Shown in pieces: positions 59,216-64,000 of a stretch of 64,000 nucleotides of DNA (its first letter is position 1; the number at the start of each line of letters is the position of its first letter). This DNA comes from Candidatus Latescibacterota bacterium (GTDB taxonomy: Bacteria; Latescibacterota; UBA2968; UBA8231): contig OZ241362.1 in NCBI GenBank assembly GCA_965200315.1, forward strand, positions 4,928,001-4,992,000. Reading direction: 5' to 3'. Made by a program: the position numbers and the translations under genes. Under the pieces are notes generated by a model. That model saw nothing but the letters and a program-made list of their open reading frames with translations. It had not been told where the DNA came from and made no database searches.

Positions 59216-60145
59216 GTGGGCGAGTACGCCTTTTTGTTTCCGGGGCAGGGTTCGCAGGCCGTGGGCATGGCCCGCGACCTCTACGAGCAGCACGAGTCGG
59301 TGCGGGCGCGCTTTGCCGAGGCCGACGAGGTGCTGGGCTTTCCGCTCAGTGCGCTTTGCTTTGAGGGGCCGGCCGAGCGACTGGCGCAAACCAACGGCAC
59401 GCAGCCGGCCATCTTCGTCCACAGCGTCGTTGCCAACGAGTTGCTCGCCGCGGCTGGACTACAGCCTGTGGCCGTAGCTGGACACAGCCTCGGGGAATAC
59501 TCGGCGCTGGTAGCGGCCGGCGTGCTCTCCTTTGCCGAGGCCCTGACGCTCGTGGGGACGCGCGGCCGGTTGATGCAGGAAGCTGGCAACGAGCGGCCGG
59601 GGACGATGGGGGCGGTGATCGGTTTGGACGACGACCACGTCGTAGCCTTGTGCCAACAGGTAGCGGATGTGGGGGTCTCAGTAGCCGCCAATTTTAACGC
59701 TCCGGGCCAAGTCGTGGTCTCGGGTGAGCGGGCCGCAGTGGCACGAGTGAGCGAATTGGCGGCTCAAGCCGGCGCTCGGCGCGTCGTCGAATTGGCCGTC
59801 AGTGGGGCTTTTCACTCGCCGCTTATGGCCTCGGCGGCTGTGGAGATGGAGTCGCTGTTACAAGCGGTACCCTTTGCGCGGCCGCGCGTGCCGGTGCTGA
59901 CCAATGTCTCGGCTGCGCCCGTGGAAGACCCAGAAAAACTGCGGCTGCACCTAATCGATCAGATCACGAGTCCGGTTCGTTGGAGCGCGACCGTGCAGCG
60001 GCTGGCAGCTATGGGCATCAACCGCGCTTTTGAAGTAGGGCCGGGGGCCGTGCTAAAGGGACTGATGCGCCGCACCGAGCTCAAGCTCGCGGTCGCATTG
60101 GCGGGTACTGTGGAAGAAATCGTCGCGGCAAAAGGAGCGGAATAA
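59216..60145 (+). CDS. fabD: Malonyl-CoA:ACP transacylase
   Basis: FPGQGSQ, GHSLGEY, VSGAFHS; GTG start at 59216. Confidence 0.95.
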   Translation: MGEYAFLFPGQGSQAVGMARDLYEQHESVRARFAEADEVLGFPLSALCFEGPAERLAQTNGTQPAIFVHSVVANELLAAAGLQPVAVAGHSLGEYSALVAAGVLSFAEALTLVGTRGRLMQEAGNERPGTMGAVIGLDDDHVVALCQQVADVGVSVAANFNAPGQVVVSGERAAVARVSELAAQAGARRVVELAVSGAFHSPLMASAAVEMESLLQAVPFARPRVPVLTNVSAAPVEDPEKLRLHLIDQITSPVRWSATVQRLAAMGINRAFEVGPGAVLKGLMRRTELKLAVALAGTVEEIVAAKGAE

Positions 60146-60892
60146 ATGGGATTCTTGGACGGAAAAGTCGCGCTGGTGACGGGTGGGTCGCGGGGTATTG
60201 GCCGGGCCATTGCTCTGCGCTTGGCGGAAGAGGGCGCGGATTTGGCAATCTGCGCCCGCAATGCGGCGGCGGCTGGCGAAGTGGCCGCCGCTATTGAGGC
60301 CCTAGGCCGCCGCTGCTTGGTGCGCCAGGCCGATGTCGCCGACGCCGAGCAGGCGGCCGAGCTGGTGGCAGCGACAATCGCGGAATTGGGTCGGCTGGAC
60401 GTGCTGGTCAACAACGCCGGCGTCACTCGCGACAATTTGCTGATGCGGATGAAGGAAGAGGATTGGGACGAGGTATTGGCGATCAACCTCAAGGGCGCCT
60501 TTAACTGCGTCCGAGCCGCAGTGCGCCCCATGCTTAAGGCTCGCGGTGGGCGGATCGTCAACATCACTTCGGTCGTGGGCTTGCTGGGCAATGCCGGCCA
60601 AGCCAACTACGCCGCGTCCAAGGCCGGGTTGATCGGCCTGACCAAGAGCTTGGCGCGGGAACTGGCCTCGCGCGCGATCACCGCCAACGCCGTGGCCCCG
60701 GGGTTGGTGCCGGAAACGGGCATGACGGACGGGTTGACGGAACGGCAGCAGGAGCAGATGATTGCCATGGTGCCGCTGGGGCGTGCCGGGGCGCCGGAAG
60801 ACGTGGCCCACGCCGTGGCGTTCCTAGCATCGGATCAAGCCGCCTATATCACCGGTCAGGTCTTGTCCGTAGATGGCGGCATGGCCATATAA
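60146..60892 (+). CDS. fabG: 3-oxoacyl-ACP reductase
   Basis: TGGSRGIG, NNAGVTRDNL, GNAGQANYAASK. Confidence 0.95.
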   Translation: MGFLDGKVALVTGGSRGIGRAIALRLAEEGADLAICARNAAAAGEVAAAIEALGRRCLVRQADVADAEQAAELVAATIAELGRLDVLVNNAGVTRDNLLMRMKEEDWDEVLAINLKGAFNCVRAAVRPMLKARGGRIVNITSVVGLLGNAGQANYAASKAGLIGLTKSLARELASRAITANAVAPGLVPETGMTDGLTERQQEQMIAMVPLGRAGAPEDVAHAVAFLASDQAAYITGQVLSVDGGMAI

Positions 60893-61005
60893 TTGGGTGT
60901 TAAAAGAATTTGCCCATCGCCTATATTTTAGACTCTAATTTTAAGACCGCAGGCTATTGGCCGCAGCGGTAAAACCGTTCACTCCTATCCCAAGAGGAAC
61001 ACACT

Positions 61006-61245
61006 ATGGCTTCTATTGAAGAGCGCGTGAGAGATTTGGTCGTCGAGCAACTCGGCGTGAGCCAAGATCAAGTAAATCCCCAAGCGTCTTTTATCGACGA
61101 CTTGGGTGCCGATTCGCTCGACACCGTCGAGTTGGTTATGGCCTTTGAGGAAGAATTCGGGATCGACATCCCGGACGAGGACGCCGAGAAGATTATGGTC
61201 GTATCCGACGCGATTAAATATCTAGAAGAAAACAGCAAGGCGTGA
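61006..61245 (+). CDS. acpP: Acyl carrier protein
   Basis: [14 protein letters not shown]. Confidence 0.97.
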   Translation: MASIEERVRDLVVEQLGVSQDQVNPQASFIDDLGADSLDTVELVMAFEEEFGIDIPDEDAEKIMVVSDAIKYLEENSKA

Positions 61246-62501
61246 GCGGTAGTCCAGTGCAGAGGCGTAGAGCGGTTGTCACGGGTTTGGGGGTCTTAGC
61301 GCCTAATGGCAACGACCTACCGACGTTCTGGGACGCGCTTCTCGCTGGTCGCTCCGGGGTCGGGCCGATCACTAGATTCGACACTTCCCAACACCGGACT
61401 ACGATCGCCGCCGAGGTCAAGGGTTTCGACCCGGAGGCGGTTATGGACCGCAAGGACGTGCGCCGCAACGACGCCTTTACGCACTACGCGATCTGCGTGG
61501 CGAGGGAGGCGGCTAGCCGTGCCCGGCTCGACATGGAAGCGGTGGACCCCGAGCGCGTGGGCGTCATCTGGGGCTCGGGCATCGGCGGAATCCAGACTCA
61601 CGAAGACCAGCACACTATCCTACTGGAGAAAGGCCCGAGGCGCATCAGCCCGTTCTACGTGCCCATGATGATTTCCGATATGGCCCCAGGCATGATCTCC
61701 ATGGACTTGGGAGCCAAAGGGCCTAACTACTGTACGGTGTCGGCTTGTTCGTCGGCGGCTCATGCTCTCGGCGAGTCGGTGCGCAAGATCCAGTACGGGG
61801 AAGCCGACGTGATGGTGACCGGCGGCTCAGAAGCGGCCGTCACCCCCATTTCCATGGCCGGCTTTTCTTCGGCGAGGGCCCTATCGCTACGCAACGACGA
61901 GCCCGAGCGGGCCAGCCGGCCCTTTGACGCCGAGCGCGATGGTTTCGTACTCGGCGAGGGGGCCGGAGCCGTCATCTTGGAGGAATTGGAGCACGCCCAA
62001 AGGCGCGGGGCCGAGATCTACGGCGAATTCCTCGGGCTGGGTTTTACTGCCGATGCCTATCATCAGACGGCGATGGCACCCGAGGCCGAGGGCGGGGCGC
62101 GAGCCATGCGCATCGCGCTGCAGGACGGCGGCTTGGACCCGAGTGACATCGGGTACATCAATGCCCACGGTACCTCGACGCCCATGGGCGACCAGCAGGA
62201 GACCGCGGCGATCAAGACGGTCTTCGCCGGCCACACCGACAGCTTGGTCGTAAGTTCGACCAAGTCGATGACCGGACATCTGTTGGGCGCAGCCGGAGCC
62301 ATCGAGAGCATCGCCTGCATCATGGCACTCAAAAGCAGGGTCCTGCCGCCGACGATCAACTACGAGAACCCCGACCCCGACTGCGACCTCGACTACGTGC
62401 CCAACCAAGCACGCCGCGTGCAGGTGAACTACGCCCTCAACAATTCCTTTGGCTTTGGTGGCCATAACGCGGCGCTGGTATTCGGTCGTTTCCCCGGCTG
62501 A
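61242..62501 (+). CDS. fabF: 3-oxoacyl-ACP synthase II
   Basis: [29 protein letters not shown]. Confidence 0.96.
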   Translation: MSGSPVQRRRAVVTGLGVLAPNGNDLPTFWDALLAGRSGVGPITRFDTSQHRTTIAAEVKGFDPEAVMDRKDVRRNDAFTHYAICVAREAASRARLDMEAVDPERVGVIWGSGIGGIQTHEDQHTILLEKGPRRISPFYVPMMISDMAPGMISMDLGAKGPNYCTVSACSSAAHALGESVRKIQYGEADVMVTGGSEAAVTPISMAGFSSARALSLRNDEPERASRPFDAERDGFVLGEGAGAVILEELEHAQRRGAEIYGEFLGLGFTADAYHQTAMAPEAEGGARAMRIALQDGGLDPSDIGYINAHGTSTPMGDQQETAAIKTVFAGHTDSLVVSSTKSMTGHLLGAAGAIESIACIMALKSRVLPPTINYENPDPDCDLDYVPNQARRVQVNYALNNSFGFGGHNAALVFGRFPG

Positions 62502-62567
62502 CGCACTTTCTCTGCACTCCCCTGCACTCCCCGTGCAAACGAGGTTTTCAATTCGGGCATTAGGCAG

Positions 62568-63326
62568 ATGAACTGGATTTCAACTCTTTGGAATCGCCTC
62601 AAGTCGGCGGGCGACCTAAAAGATGGTCCCACGAGTTCGGAGTACGCTCTCGAAAAGCTGTTGGGCTACCACTTCAAGGACAAGAATCTGTTGGTCAAAG
62701 CCCTCAAGCATCGATCGTATGTGTACTCGGAGGAGGGCAGCGACCGCATTGAGTCGAATGAGCGGCTCGAATTTCTCGGCGACGCCGTGTTGGAACTGTT
62801 GGTCACCGACTACCTCTTTCGCCGCTTTGAGGACAAAGGCGAGGGTGAATTGACCCAGATGAAGTCGCAGCTAGTCAGCCGCAAGGCACTGGCGCGCCAA
62901 GCGGACTGTCTTGGGTTGGGGGCGTTTGTGTTGCTGAGTGAGGACGAGCGCGAAGCCAACGGCGGACAGCGGCCGTCGATCCTCTGCGACACCTTGGAGT
63001 CGCTGATTGGGGCGATCTATCTCGACGGTGGCTTAGAGGCTGCCCGCTCCTGTGTTCGGCGTGCGGTGCTGGCGGATTTTCATCAAATAGTCCAACCGGA
63101 CGAGAACTTCAACTTCAAGAGCAGGTTGCTCGAATACTCGCAAAGCATGGGCAATGGCCACCCCCGTTACTTGGTGCATGCCGAGCATGGGCCAGACCAC
63201 GACAAGATCTTCAGCGTCGAAGTGTGTATCACTGGCCGGCGCATGGGTTGGGGCCAAGGGCGGAGCAAGAAGGAGGCGCAACAGATGGCGGCCAAGGACG
63301 CCCTTGATAGTTTGGAGGCGCTCTAA
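62568..63326 (+). CDS. rnc: Ribonuclease III
   Basis: NERLEFLGDAVL signature and dsRBD GRSKKEAQQ. Confidence 0.96.
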   Translation: MNWISTLWNRLKSAGDLKDGPTSSEYALEKLLGYHFKDKNLLVKALKHRSYVYSEEGSDRIESNERLEFLGDAVLELLVTDYLFRRFEDKGEGELTQMKSQLVSRKALARQADCLGLGAFVLLSEDEREANGGQRPSILCDTLESLIGAIYLDGGLEAARSCVRRAVLADFHQIVQPDENFNFKSRLLEYSQSMGNGHPRYLVHAEHGPDHDKIFSVEVCITGRRMGWGQGRSKKEAQQMAAKDALDSLEAL

Positions 63327-64000
63327 TGGGCCTTGCTTGGCGCGTCATCGATACGGGGGCGAACTGTGGCGCGTACAATATGGGAGTCGATCAAACTCTC
63401 GCCGCAGACGCAGCCCAAGGCCGAGTGCTGCGCTTCTATGGCTGGAATCCGCCAGCTATCTCCTGCGGCTGGAACCAGCAGCCCGAGCGCGAGGCCAATG
63501 TAGAAGCCTGCCGCGTGTTGGGTATTGACGTGGTGCGTCGGCCCACTGGTGGGCGGGCGGTGTTGCACTGGGAGGAATTGACCTACAGTGTCGCCTGCGT
63601 CCCAGAGGCACTGGTCGCGGGTGGCGGGATAGAGGCCACGCACCGCAAGATTGGCGCGTGTTTGGCCGAAGGGCTGCGGCTTTTCGGGGCCCCGGTCGAG
63701 TTGGAAAGGGCTGGCCGTTGCGTTGGCGGCTTGCGGTCGGGTCCTTGTTTTGGTAGCACGGCGCGCTGGGAGCTCAAGTGCCAGCACCGCAAGCTGGTCG
63801 GCAGCGCACAGCGGTGCTACGGACGCCGCTTGCTACAACACGGGTCAATTTTGCTTGGTCGGGCACACGAGCGCCTGCCGCAACTGCTGAGGATTGACGA
63901 GGACGTGCGGCAAAAATGGACTCGGCAGGTGCGAGCGCACAGTACGGATTTGCAGGCCTGTATGGGACGGCCCATTGACCGGGCCGCACTGGTTGATTGC
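63326..64000 (+). CDS. Lipoate-protein ligase A / octanoyltransferase (LipM-like), runs off the window
   Basis: Own translation from ATG 63326: NMGVD, LRFYGW, VRRPTGGRAVLH, KLVGSAQ, LQHGSI; open to the window end. Confidence 0.85.
   Translation, partial: MGLAWRVIDTGANCGAYNMGVDQTLAADAAQGRVLRFYGWNPPAISCGWNQQPEREANVEACRVLGIDVVRRPTGGRAVLHWEELTYSVACVPEALVAGGGIEATHRKIGACLAEGLRLFGAPVELERAGRCVGGLRSGPCFGSTARWELKCQHRKLVGSAQRCYGRRLLQHGSILLGRAHERLPQLLRIDEDVRQKWTRQVRAHSTDLQACMGRPIDRAALVDC

Noticed and set aside
62511-62532. 10-bp tandem duplication ctgcactccc before rnc
   Set aside because: Only two copies; no evidence of function
1-64000. Numerous Arg/Pro-rich alternative-frame ORFs; tRNA/rRNA/IS elements
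   Set aside because: Alternative ORFs are typical high-GC shadows of real genes; no tRNA cloverleaf, rRNA or transposase motif recognised

Overview
High-GC bacterial chromosomal window. Gene content (several PhyH-family dioxygenases, secreted FlgD-Ig-tailed proteins, a PorV-like beta-barrel, Ni-SOD, DUF4321-tatA-gatA) suggests an FCB-superphylum organism such as Ca. Latescibacterota/Handelsmanbacteria, possibly host-associated; this is inference. The right half is mostly housekeeping: gatA, tatA, pssA, HtrA protease, truA, NMT1-type ABC transporter, xerD, uvrC, rlmI-like, HD hydrolase, then ndk-yceD-rpmF-fabH-fabD-fabG-acpP-fabF-rnc-lipoate ligase. The left half is accessory. Its most striking element is a 13.3-kb array of six large secreted proteins in three tandem B-A gene pairs (12613-25884), each with discoidin-like domains, conserved scaffolds with variable loops and a shared C-terminal sorting-type domain ending in -AY. 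Nearby are an 8x lamin-tail-domain protein with a T9SS-type C-terminus and a PorV-like gene. Also present: a deletion chimera of Fic and a Schlafen/AlbA_2-tailed (probably HsdR) gene, a thrice-repeated promoter-like motif with a 20-nt spacer, and about eight eroded genes. No rRNA, tRNA, CRISPR array or intact transposase was recognised.
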